Assembly (NCBI RefSeq): GCF_006345805.1
Contig: NW_021832638.1
Span: 1 to 30,227, forward strand
Direction: 5' to 3'
Source of the DNA: Octopus sinensis
Lineage: Eukaryota
DNA length: 30,227 nucleotides
Shown: positions 1 to 10,896 of the stretch, piece after piece
Position numbering within the stretch: position 1 is the first letter of the stretch
Layout of the letters: each line of letters opens with the position of its first letter
Position numbers and translations under genes: made by a program
Notes under the pieces: generated by a model
What the model saw: the letters and a program-made list of their open reading frames with translations, nothing else
What the model was told of the DNA's origin: nothing
Databases searched by the model: none

Positions 1-172
1 ATGTATGTATATATGTATGTATGTATGTCTGTATGCATATATTTATGTATATATCAGTCACACCACGGTCGTGGTTGAATATATTCTTAAATAAGTCTAC
101 GTTTCGTCAATCGCAGCATCTTCCAAGCTTCTCCACCAATTGGTTCAACTAAATTGCAAAATGTAATAGTTC

Positions 173-360
173 AAATGCTTAGGGGTATTTCGTCTGTCTT
201 TACGTTCTGAGTTCAAATTCCGCCGAGGTCAACTTTGCCTTTCATCCTTTCGGAGTCGATAAATTAAAACTACCCGTTACGTACTGAGGTCGATCTAATC
301 GATTACTGGCCCCTTCCCCAAAAATTTCGGGCCTTGTGCCTAGAGTAGAAAAGAATAATA
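173..360 (+). mobile_element. SINE family A, 5'-truncated (tRNA-derived, Nin/Deu-domain-like core), older-type tail
   Basis: B-box GAGTTCAAATTCC, core TTTGCCTTTCATCCTTTCGGAGTCGATAAA, tail CGGGCCTTGTGCCTAGAGTAGAAAAG; matches copies at 8518, 23567 and 28757. Confidence 0.85.
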
Positions 361-940
361 GGGCAGTTGACCAAACAATCGAATGGCGAACGGTGGAAAT
401 CGATGGACGACTCATCACATAAACATACAACTTAACGACAATGCAGTCATCAGCCGACATTTTATCGCCGTGGTAGTGTAAAACGGAAGTAGTAGGAAGT
501 AGTAGTAGTGGTGGTGAAATATCTGTTTGTTGAATGTTGTTATATTTATACGGATGGCTTCTGCTTTTTAAAAGCGTATTCTTTAAGGAGAATCGCAATA
601 AAATAGTTCAGATGATATCCACGCTAATCAGAACTGACGCCGATTTCATAGCGATGATCTGTTGGAGGTAAACATCTAATCTAATTTGTCCATTGTTAAG
701 ATGTTTTTTTCTTCCGTTCTCTCCCCCCTCTCTCTCTCTTTCTATCTATTTCTTTCTTTTCCCGTTGTTTTATCCGGTGAGAGGATAGGAAATAGAGACC
801 TGCACCTATCAATAATGATGCGCATTCTTGTAGTATTTTGTGTCACACGAACGAACGAACGAACCATAATGTTTTTTATTTAATCAGATTCATCAACGAA
901 CCACACTGGATACAGTTGTAGTTGGGCTTCTAAAACGAAA

Positions 941-1370
941 AAAGGAGGACAGAGAGGGAAAGCGAGAGAGTGAGGGAGGGGGGAGAAGGAGAGAGTGAAG
1001 AAGAGGAGGAGGGGACGTAGGGAGAGGGAGAGGGAGGGAGATAGTGAAGGAGAGAAAGAAGGAGAGTGGAGAAAGATGGAGAGGAGAGAGAGATGGAGAG
1101 GAGGGAGAGATGGAGAGGAGAGAGAGATGGAGAGGAGAGAGAAAAGGAAACAGAGAGGGGAAGAACGAGGGAGTTAGGGAGAGAGAATAGAAGAGACGAG
1201 GAGGAGAGAAAGAGGGAGAAGAGAGGGAGAGAGGGAGATGGAGAGAGCGAGGAGAGAGAGAGAGAGGAGAGAGAGAAAGGAGAGAGATGAGAGAGCGATG
1301 GCGCGGGAGAGGAGGAGAGGAGAGAGAGAGGACGAGAGAGCGAGAGAGAGAGAGAAGAGAGGAGGAGAGC
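941..1370. repeat. GA-rich polypurine/polypyrimidine tract
   Basis: Almost exclusively G/A on the + strand; source of the spurious E/R/G-rich ORFs. Confidence 0.95.
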
Positions 1371-1486
1371 TGACTGAACTAAATTTTTTCACCAAACTTT
1401 CGGCTTTCGTCTGATGGAACGAACATCTTGGGACCGAATGCCATATAGAACTATCTGAACAATTTGGAAAACGAAAGGGTCTCTAT

Positions 1487-1856
1487 GTAGGAATGGCTGT
1501 GTGGTAAGTAGCTTGCTTACCAACCACATGGTTCCGGTTCAGTCCCACTGCGTCGCACCTTGGGCAAGTGTCTTCTACTATAACCTTAGGCCGACCAAAG
1601 CCTTGTGAGTGGATTTAGTAGACGGAAACTGAAAGAAGCCTGTCGTATGTGTATATGTTTGTGTGTCTGTGTTTGTCCCCCACAACATCGTTTGACAACC
1701 GATGCTGGTGTGTTTACGTCGCCGTAACTTAGCGGTTCGGCAAAAAGAGTGCGTTAGAATAAGTACTAGGCTTACAAAGAATAAGTCCTCGACTAAAGGC
1801 GGTGCTCCAGCATAATCGCAGTCAAATGACTGAAACAAGTAAAAGAGTAAAAGAGT
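1487..1856 (+). mobile_element. SINE family B, near full length (tRNA-derived, CORE/V-like CCTTGGGCAAGT motif, central TG microsatellite)
   Basis: Head TGGCTGTGTGGTAAG...GGTTCAGTCCC; tail TGACTGAAACAAGTAAAAGAGTAAAAGAG; possible TSD TATGTAG at 1484-1490 and 1856-1862. Confidence 0.9.
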
Positions 1857-2338
1857 ATGTAGTCGCTCGACCTGCTAGAAATAGCAACCAAATCTTCCTC
1901 AAATAACAAAACGCTGCAGTCTAGAATTGCATATATACTGCATATATGTTACGTGGTCCTGGCTTTCCTATGAACAGGTGAAAGGTAGGATAGTCACGGC
2001 TGAAATGCTTTTGTTCATAGGTATACTCGACCAGAATCGACATGGAGATGAACAATAAGTTTGTCGCAGTGTTGGTGGTGATAGTTGTTGTTGTTTTGTT
2101 GTTTTTGTTTAACCCTTGGCCACCTCTGGACAAGTTGTTACGTATGATCATAGGTATTTCTACTCTGATCACCCTGTATTCCAGACATTGTGTAACCGTT
2201 ATATATGTAGGACGGCATTATCTAGTGTTTTCTTCCTTTTTCAAGACGGCAGGGAATGGTTTGCGGGATATTTGGCTGTTATTTCTAGACGGTCGAGCAT
2301 ACCGATTATTGAGGTGTGTTAATGTTTTGAGAAGTAAT

Positions 2339-2420
2339 AGCCGTGTAGCCTGATGGTTAGGGATGTTAGATTGACGATCAAAAGGGCATGGGTTCGATTT
2401 TCAGACTGGAAGGAGTTTTT
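2339..2420 (+). mobile_element. Decayed tRNA-like SINE head (family C-like)
   Basis: A-box-like TAGCCTGATGGTTAGG and B-box GGTTCGATT, similar to the head at 9296. Confidence 0.5.
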
Positions 2421-2486
2421 AGTTTTTGAGTGAGACAGTGAATTTCAGGTTGCTCCAGTCTATGAAAACCAGCTGTTTACTAGTAC

Positions 2487-2530
<44 letters not shown>

Positions 2531-2579
2531 GTGACACCCACGATGTTCTTGTGGTGTTTCGAAACCGAATAGCTAGGTA

Positions 2580-3330
2580 GCCGATCAGACATCACGACCA
2601 AGTGACAGTAGTTTCACGTGATCAGTCTATTATGCAGCCTATCGGTACCAAGCCATCGCGCGATTCAATTTTCTAGAATCTTCTTTTTATACCCTATAAA
2701 AAAAAAGCCATTCTGGTACCAACTCTTTACAGAGTGTAAAGACGAGCCGATTCCTTCACACGTCTCGTTTCTTGCCAGGCAGACTGTTGAGGCAGCTGCA
2801 TATTGCGTTTCCATTCAGGCCACATCCAACCAATTAAGACAGATGACTGATAATAGAGAGTAATTCTCGTCGCCACGAATATGGCCCAATTATTTTCCGA
2901 TTGCGATGGATCAGCCACAGATTACTGTATCCGTAAGCTTGTCGTAAACTTCAAACACCATGTTTCTGTCTGTATGTAATTATTGCTATTGGCATTTGTA
3001 AAAGACCAACACAGTTAAAATCATGTGCAATAATAAACTTTTCTGTTAATTGTTCGTGGGTGTTGTCAGTAATTTCCTTCACGTGACCCGAGAAATACAT
3101 TTCCATTCGGTCACTCAACCAATTATCCCTACGGGCAACAACAAACAACAACCACACCCACACAACTCACCACATTCTGCTAAGTCAAAGATGAAGGGAT
3201 GAAAGGGTGTCCTATGCCTGCATGTGACTACACGGGCATCTAAAACAATTAGCGAAAGTATGGTACAAGCTACCAAACCACACTCGCTTGCGAGTGACGG
3301 CCGTTCTTTCAATGGACAAAATTTATAGAA
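2580..3330 (-). pseudogene. Possible highly decayed L1/Tx1-like AP-endonuclease fragment
   Basis: Minus-strand peptide FIIAHDFNCV resembles the IIxGDFNCV endonuclease motif; LDARV upstream and a TDH-like motif near 2620 are in the expected order; many frame breaks. Confidence 0.3.
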
Positions 3331-3361
3331 TTATCAACATCATCTTTAGTGGAGTTTTAAA

Positions 3362-3365
3362 ACAC

Positions 3366-3416
<51 letters not shown>

Positions 3417-3589
3417 ACACCACACACTCACGCCCCACACACACACTCACACACACACACCGCTCACATACACACACACACGCACACCACACACACACCA
3501 CTCACACACACACACTCACACACACCACACACTCACACAACACACACACATCCACACACGCACACACACACACCATCACACACACACAC

Positions 3590-3638
<49 letters not shown>
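3362..3638. repeat. (CA)n microsatellite, imperfect
   Basis: Direct inspection. Confidence 0.95.
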
Positions 3639-4046
3639 TAATAGTCTAATTAATATCTACTGCCCTTAATAATTTTGCTGTTCCACACGTTTCTACAACT
3701 TGAAAGGCTCCTAAAAGGCTGTAATATGTTCGGAGAAGATCGCCAAAATTCTGCGAGAGCAGCAAAGGGAGAACAGAGAATAAACAAATAGAAATATCGT
3801 TAACATGAATGCCGCAATTTGTTTAATTTAGACGTGGGTTGCAAAACGTGATGTTTCTTGCTTGGAAAAATAGCTTTGTTTATTCAAGAGGCAGTTTATA
3901 TCGACCGTTAAACTCGATTTGTGTATTACATACTTTACGTTCTAAAACACTTTTTTTTTTCTTTCAAAACAAAATATAAAATACAATTTAGTTTGTATTT
4001 CGCGAATGAGCTGAAATTGTGACTCATACACATGCGCAAAGAAATA

Positions 4047-5033
4047 ACGCTTTCGAGTTTAGGCACAGGGCCAGCAATTTCGTGGAGGGTGATAGGTCGA
4101 TCAGATCGATCCCAGTGCTTGACTGGTGTTTATTTTATTGATCCCGGACGGATGAAAGGTAAATTCGCCCTCGGCAGAATTTTGAACTCAGAACGTAAAG
4201 ACGGACGAAATACCGTCAAGCATTTTGCTCGGCGTGCTAACGTTTCTTATTTCTTTATTGCCAACACAGGGCTAAACATAGAGGGGACAAACAAGGACAG
4301 ACAAACGGATTAAGTCGATTACATCGACCCCAGTGCGTAACTGGTACTTATTTAATCGACCCCGAAAGGATGAAAGGCAAAGTCGACCTCGGCAGAATAT
4401 GAACTCAGAACGTAACGGCAGACGAAGACGAAATACCTATTTCTTTACTACCCACAAGGGGCTAAACACAGAGAGGACAAACAAGGACAGACAAACGGAT
4501 TAAGTCGATTAGATCGACCCCAGTGCGTAACTGGTACTTATTTAATCGACCCCGAAAGGATTGAAAGGCAAAATCGACCTCGGCGGAATTTGAACTCAGA
4601 AGTAGTGGCAGACGAAATACCTATTTCTTTACTACCCACAAGGGGCCAAACACAGAGGGACAACAAGGAGAGACAAACGGATTAGTCGATTACATCGACT
4701 CCAGTGCGTAATTGGTACTATTTAATCGACCGGAAAGGATGAAAGGCAAAGTCGAACCCGGCGGAATTGAACTCAGAACGTAACGGCAGACGAAATACCT
4801 ATTTCTTTACTACCCACAAGGGGCTAAACACAGAGTGGACAAACAAGGACAGATAAACGAATTAAATCGATTACATCGACCCCAGGTCGTAACTAGTACT
4901 TATTTAATCGACCCCGAAAGGATGAAAGGCAAAGTCGACCTCGGCGGAATTTGAACTCAGAACCTAACGGGAGACGAAATTACCGGTCAGCATTTCGCCC
5001 GGCGCGCTAACATTTCTGCCAGTTTGCCACCTT
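4047..5033 (-). mobile_element. SINE family A tandem array (head + four ~180-190 bp units + one older-tail module)
   Basis: Unit starts TATTTCTTTA at 4248, 4438, 4622 and 4800; flanked by 16-bp TSD CATGC(G/A)CAAAGAAATA at 4031-4046 and 5034-5049. Confidence 0.92.
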
Positions 5034-5192
5034 CATGCACAAAGAAATATCAGCTCAGCCGTAGCCTTACAACTGTGAGCGGCCATCCATCCGTCCGTCC
5101 GTCCGTCCATTAGCCTCCAAACCAAATTCCTAGCACTAACCCTCGAATCTGAATCTAAATCTACCCTCTAACGCTAAATCCTAATTCTAATT

Positions 5193-5915
5193 CATACATA
5201 CATACATACATAATACATACATACATACATACATACATACATACATACATACATCTACACACACACACATATACACACACTCACATACTTATATACATAC
5301 ATACATGCACACATACATGCATGCATACATGCATACATACATACATACATGCATACATACATACATACACACACACATACATACATACATACGTACATAC
5401 ATACACACATACATACATATATACATGCATGCATACATACATAACATACATACATACATACACACACACATACATGCATACATGCATCATACATAATACA
5501 TACATACATGCATACATACATACATACACACATACATACATACATACATACCACACACACATACATACATACATACATACACACACACACATACTACATA
5601 CATACATACATACATACAAGCATACATACATACCCATACATACATACATACATACATACATACATTACATACACACATACATACGTACATACATACATAC
5701 ATACACACACACATACATACATACTACATACATACATACATACATACACACATACATAACATACATACATACATACATACACACACACATACATACATAC
5801 ATACATACACACATACATACATACATACATACATACATACACACATACATACATACATACATACACATACACACACACACACATACATACATACATACAT
5901 ACATACATACATACA
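5193..5915. repeat. (TACA)n/(CA)n microsatellite
   Basis: Direct inspection; source of the MYVC/HTYI pseudo-ORFs. Confidence 0.97.
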
Positions 5916-6019
5916 TGCGTATCGACCGACCAGGTAACTAATGACCTGTAATAGAAAACCCACAAAGCACTGTTTTAGTGATTTTTTGTCTTCTCGGAAG
6001 ATGACCAGATGTTACATTC

Positions 6020-6131
6020 ATACACGTACACACACACACACACACACACACACATATGGTCATGCACATATGTATATAAGCACATAAATACATACACACA
6101 CACACCCCACACAAACACACACACACACACA

Positions 6132-6202
<71 letters not shown>
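6020..6202. repeat. (CA)n-(TA)n compound microsatellite
   Basis: Direct inspection. Confidence 0.95.
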
Positions 6203-6204
<2 letters not shown>

Positions 6205-6539
6205 GGCACATATATTTCGTCTAGGCATTGCAAACCTGATAACCTGGCCTAGAACACAATCTAGTATGGTTTCCGACCGAAGTGTTACCTGAGCATAGAG
6301 CAGCAATAAGAAAGAGAAATGACAAGGGAAAAAAAAAACGATTATCTTTTGAATTTCATTAACTAACAGGCGTAGGAGTGGCTGTGTGGTTAGTAGCTTG
6401 CTTACCAATCACATGGTTCCGGGTTCAGTCCCACTGTGTGGCACCTTAGGCAAGTGTCTTCTACTGTAGCCTCGGGCGCACAAAGCCTTGTGAAAGATTT
6501 GGTAGACGGAAACGGAAAGAAGCCTGTGCTATATATATA

Positions 6540-6767
6540 TATTTCTTTATGCCCACAAGGGGCTAAACACAGAGAGGACATACAAAGACAGACAAAGGAT
6601 TAAGTAGATTACATCGACCCCAGTGCGTAACTGGTACCTTAATTTATCGATCCCGAAGGATGAAGGCAAAGTCGACCTCGGCGGAATTTGAACTCAGACG
6701 TAACGGCAGCCGAAATATGCCCTAAGCATTTCGCCCGGCGTGCTAACGATTCTGCCAGCTCGCCGCC
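6540..6767 (-). mobile_element. SINE family A monomer nested in SINE B
   Basis: Full head (reverse complement of GGCGGCGAGCTGGCAG) and young tail; flanks TGTGCTATATATAT and TGTCGTATATATAT resemble a TSD. Confidence 0.9.
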
Positions 6768-6823
6768 TGTCGTATATATATGGTATATAGATATATATAT
6801 ACGGGTGTGTGTGATTGTGTATA

Positions 6824-7355
6824 GAAGAATTTATATTAATAAAAGGAGTTCCAACCTTGTCTGATTTTTACGTTTTATTTACAATCTTATAATGATATAA
6901 TATAATATAATATAATAAAATAAAATAAAATAATAGAATGTTAAATGTACATTCTGATTGAAACTAGTTTTCATGCATTAAATTCTGCAATCTTCAGGTT
7001 CGTAGTAGTGGTGATGTGGTGATAGTCATGCTTCATAATTTTTTACTGTAGCGAGATGATTGAATCTGTGCCTTAAATACAGCTGGTGTGGGCTCCAGAT
7101 TGCTAGGTTTTGCAAACTGTATTCTGACCAATCAGTGTTGTAGTATCACTCAATTATTAGGCTGATTGGTTGGTTGAGCTGATTGTTTAGGCGTCACGCT
7201 TTGTGGCCATGTCAAGAGTCCTGTATCTAACCCTGGCCGAGGCAGCAATTGTTGGGCTATTTTTAGAAATGTTGTAATAGCCTTTGTCAGAGATTTTTAT
7301 ATTTTATATTTCATTGTCATCATCATCATTATTGTCAGCCAATTATTCTGTGTGC
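6824..7355 (-). mobile_element. Penelope-like element remnant (pLTR-like) with hammerhead core
   Basis: Minus strand reads CCAAT boxes, TATTTAA, CTGAAGA-T-TGCA-loop-TGCA-T-GAAA-ACTAGT (6997-6963), then AATAAA; this order is typical of Penelope pLTRs. Confidence 0.55.
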
Positions 7356-7924
7356 TAGTGGTGATATATATGTATGTAATATATATATGTGTGTGTGTGT
7401 GTGTGTGTTTTTGTATCTGTGTTTGCCCTCAACATCGCTTGCCAACCGATGCTGGTGTGTTTGCGTCCCCGTAACTTAGCGGCTTGGCAAAAGAGACCGA
7501 TAGAACAAGTACTGGGCTTCCAAAGAATAAGTCCTGGGGTCGATTTTGCTCGACTAAAAGGTGGTGCTCCAGCATGGCCGCAGTCAAATGACTGAAACAA
7601 GTAAAAGAGTCAAAGAGTAAGTCTTGACATCGTATTTATTTTTTTATAGATACAATCACCTCCTTATTACTATGTTCAACACATTTAGCATTTCTTGCAG
7701 GCGATAAATATCGCTTGAGAGCATGAAGAAAATTACTTATAACCAAAGCGTTTTAGGCACTAAAATAACGTCTGAATTTTATGAGCGAATGTTTTAAAAA
7801 AAGATGGGTGAATGTAGCAAGGATGGCACGTATGAATGACGAAGCCACCTTGACTATGATCTTATGAACGGTAAAAATTAATACAGAGAGTTGCTTATTT
7901 GAAAAAAAAAAAAGAAATATAACA

Positions 7925-8226
7925 TGTGACTTCATTGACCGAGGTTACCGTGGTCTTTTCCGTAGGCTTTTCTTTCCACGGGTAAACCTCACCTGTCCTC
8001 CCCTTTACACTTTATATTGACATTTCTGTGATAACGATCCCTATTGATCGATTTTTTCTTTTTCCTTTTATTGTATTCCCCTCCCCTTTTTTTTGCCTTC
8101 CTCTTTCTTTCTTTTTACGATCCCTTTTGATCGAAAACCAAACCCCCTTTTTTTATCCCCAAAAGAAAAGCTCTACCTTGTAATTTGTCCCGTCTTTGTG
8201 CAGCCCTGTGTGGCTAATAAAGAAAC
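7925..8226 (+). mobile_element. 5'-truncated LINE 3'UTR (pyrimidine-rich, L1/Tx1-like)
   Basis: Ends AGCCCTGTGTGGCTAATAAAGAAA; 8-bp TSD ATATAACA at 7917-7924 and 8227-8234; tail similar to the SINE A young tail. Confidence 0.55.
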
Positions 8227-8517
8227 ATATAACAGCGATAGTATAATACCTTGTAATGCAATAATAGACAACGTCCAGAAGGCTTAATAGTAAATTATTA
8301 TAAGAGAAAATGACGATAGCATTAAACAAGGTTTGCTCGACAGCATGTAAGATATATCATTCAGAGGTATGGTATAACAGTGTCCTAAGAGAACAAGAGA
8401 AAAGTTTGAGCCACTTGTTATAGGGTCACAAATCCAAAAGGAGGTGTATGCAGCATGAATAACATGAAGCATTTACCGTTGCGGTATATTGTGAATGGAT
8501 TTTGTATCGTGAATTAA

Positions 8518-8748
8518 GCCGGCGAGCTGACAGAAACGTTAGCACGCCGGGCGAAATGTTTAGCGGTATTTCGTCTGCCGTTACGTTGTGAGTTCAAATT
8601 CTGCCAAGGTCGACTTTGCCTTTCATCCTTTCGGGGTCGATAAATTAAGTACCAGTTACGCTCTGGGGTCGATCTAATCGACTTAATACCTATGTCTGTC
8701 CTTGTTTGTTTCCTCTGTGTTTGGCCCCTTGTGGGTAGTAAAGAAATA
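8518..8748 (+). mobile_element. SINE family A monomer, young tail
   Basis: Head GCCGGCGAGCTGACAGAAACGTTAG, B-box, core and tail GTAGTAAAGAAATA. Confidence 0.92.
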
Positions 8749-8799
8749 GGTATATTGTAAAATGTGAACAGGATAACTGTTCGAACAGTCTATAAATAG

Positions 8800-9282
8800 T
8801 TATTTAATTCTAGAGTGTTTCTGCTTTTGATACTGTCCATATGGTGGAGATGAGCTCCGACAGCGGCATGACAAATTACGTCTGACTTTCTTGGGGGCTT
8901 GGCTGTGTCTGATTAAAAAATTTCCGCGACTTTGTAATAGGCGGCGATGTGCATCTATGAGCGAGGTAAAGCGGTTAACTACACTAACCAAATCACGCAT
9001 AGATGGATAACAGTTCCGCCGAAAGAAAATAGTGCTCCTGCAGCATAAAGAATTAAAAAATCTTCCGCTTTTAAGGTGCGGCAGAAAAATATCCCATATT
9101 TTGGACAGCCATTGGTGTGATACTAATTGAATTTGGTAATGGTTTCTTCGTGTACCTATTGTTCTAGTGTTTGTTTTTCTTTCGTTACTAATATGGTTTA
9201 AACTGGTGCACATCGTATTTTTGTCATTGAAACATTTGTAAATTCATAAAATGTGAGAGATTTTTTTTTGCGGTACTCTGTA
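8800..9282 (-). mobile_element. Possible decayed Tc1/mariner-type DNA transposon 5' part
   Basis: Minus strand begins TA-CAGAGTACCGCAAAAAAAAA (Tc1-like terminal inverted repeat start); peptide SQAPKKVRRNLS resembles the SPKKSxRxLS transposase motif. Confidence 0.35.
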
Positions 9283-9295
9283 TATGTTTTTAAAA

Positions 9296-9679
9296 GTGGA
9301 GGCGCAATGGCCCAGTGGTTAGGGCAGCGGACTCGCGGTCATAGGATCGCGGTTTCGATTCCCAGACCGGGCGTTGTGAGTGTTTATTGAGCGAAAACAC
9401 CTAATAGCTCCACGAGGCTCCGGCAGGGGATGGCGGTGATCCCTGCTGTACTCTTTCACCACAATTTTCTCTCACTCTTACTTCCTGTTTCTGTTGTACC
9501 TGTATTTCAAGGGGCCGGCCTTGTCACTCTCTGTGTCACGCTGAATATCTCCGAGAACTACGTTTAGGGTACACGTGTCTGTGGAGTGCTCAGCCACTTA
9601 CACGTTAATTTCACGAGCAGGCTGTTCCGTTGATTCGGTTCAACCGGAGCCCTCATCGTCGTAACCGACGGAGTGCTTC
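9296..9679 (+). mobile_element. SINE family C, full length (tRNA-derived)
   Basis: A-box TGGCCCAGTGG, B-box GTTTCGATTCC; TSD-like TATGTTTTT(T)AAAA at 9283-9295 and 9680-9693; second copy at 19612-20372. Confidence 0.9.
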
Positions 9680-9989
9680 TATGTTTTTTAAAAAAAACTT
9701 ACGGTAATGAAACGTTTTTTCTTTCTAAAATTCTTTCGTGGGCAACATAAAAAAGAGATTGGATGATTTGACATCTCATTGGCTTACACGTCGTTCGATA
9801 TTGATCTCTTCACTTTCAGTGTGAAGTCTTATACATGATATTCCTTGTCTATAGATTTTTTTCAATAATCCATATATGGATTTGATGCATTCCTTGATCA
9901 ATATGAATTACATGCACAACTGAGAGTTCCCTGGATATCGAAAACCTTTTCGTAAATAACAAAGCTTAAACCGAAATGCTTCTACATTT

Positions 9990-10196
9990 CATCTTTAACC
10001 TCCTGTTTGTTTCATTCATGCGGCCATGCTGCAGCAATGCCCTTGAAGGGGTTAGTCGAACAAATCGCCCCCACTACTTAATTTAAGTCTGGCACTTATT
10101 CTGTCGTTCTCATTTACCGAACCTCTAATTTACGGGGACATAGACAAACCAACACTGGTTGACAAACGGTGATGATGATGGGACAAATGAACGCGC

Positions 10197-10247
<51 letters not shown>

Positions 10248-10400
10248 CATACATGCATACATCAATTTGTGTGTGTGTGCGTGCATGCGTGTGTATTTGT
10301 CCTCCACCACTGCTTGACAACCGGTGTTGGTGTGTTTATGTCCCCATAACTTAGTGGTTCGGCAAAAGAGGCTGGCAGAATAAATACCAAGCTTTCAAAA
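9990..10400. mobile_element. Two decayed SINE B 3' halves in inverted orientation around (ATAG)n/(TG)n
   Basis: Minus half at ~9990-10195 and plus half at ~10268-10400 (CTTGACAACCGGTGTTGGTGTGTTTATGTCCCC). Confidence 0.75.
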
Positions 10401-10679
10401 ATACTCCTATTTGAGATATCAAAAAAGTATAGTAGAAGCAGAAAATATCAATTCTACTTTTTGCTGGATAATTAATATCATAATGGCCGTGACATTTAAT
10501 CATTTAATCACGCATTCAAAGGGTTAGTATATTCATCCCTCCCACACCACACCACCACCACCACCACCTTGGTACCATGATTCTGTGTCACTGATAATGC
10601 CAACCGCCTTTTCAAACCGTGAGTCGACAGTTCGATTTCCTACTTCATCATTTAACACTTGAAACACATTTTGTATTTC

Positions 10680-10841
10680 TGTTTGATACAATTCAATATT
10701 TAAGAGACGAGGAATTATGTACATTATTTACAACATTTACATTATTTACACTTGACGTTTCGGCAGATATACCCTCCAGCCTTCATCAGGTGTCTTGGGG
10801 AAATTTCGAACCTGGGTTCTCATTACTAAGGTATTTTTCGA

Positions 10842-10843
<2 letters not shown>
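10680..10843 (-). mobile_element. Penelope-like remnant with minimal hammerhead core
   Basis: Minus strand reads GACAC-CTGATGA-AGGCTG...CTGCC-GAAA-CG-TC (10794-10754). Confidence 0.6.

Positions 10844-10896
<53 letters not shown>

Larger units (their letters stand above)
6369..7620 (+). mobile_element. SINE family B split by two nested insertions
   Basis: Head at 6369-6530 and 3' half at ~7385-7620 are collinear with the copy at 1487-1856. Confidence 0.88.

Noticed and set aside
95-135. Hammerhead-like minus-strand TTGGAAGA...GAAACGTA
   Set aside because: Core CUGANGA is broken and stem II is unconvincing
995-1395. E/R/G-rich and S/L-rich ORFs
   Set aside because: Read-through of the GA tract
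1578-1838. Recurrent MFQSFDC.HAGAPP ORFs (also 7355-7600 and 21766-22050)
   Set aside because: Antisense translation of the SINE B tail, not a gene family
4248-4983. Regularly spaced repeats resembling a CRISPR array
   Set aside because: Whole ~182-bp units repeat with no unique spacers; eukaryotic SINE sequence and no cas genes
5125-5192. Degenerate TAACCC-like hexamers (interstitial telomere)
   Set aside because: Too short and divergent to support
5255-5965. Long ORFs (up to 206 aa) of MYVC/HTYI repeats; similar ones at 18695-19470, 20419-21635 and 27574-28143
   Set aside because: Translations of microsatellites that lack stop codons by composition
8749-8758. GGTAT after the SINE A monomer tail as evidence of a further unit
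   Set aside because: GGTATATTGT also occurs at 8483-8492 and may be target duplication; ambiguous
9296-9372. tRNA gene
   Set aside because: A/B boxes are present but there is no acceptor-stem closure; continues into a SINE body with a second copy and a TSD
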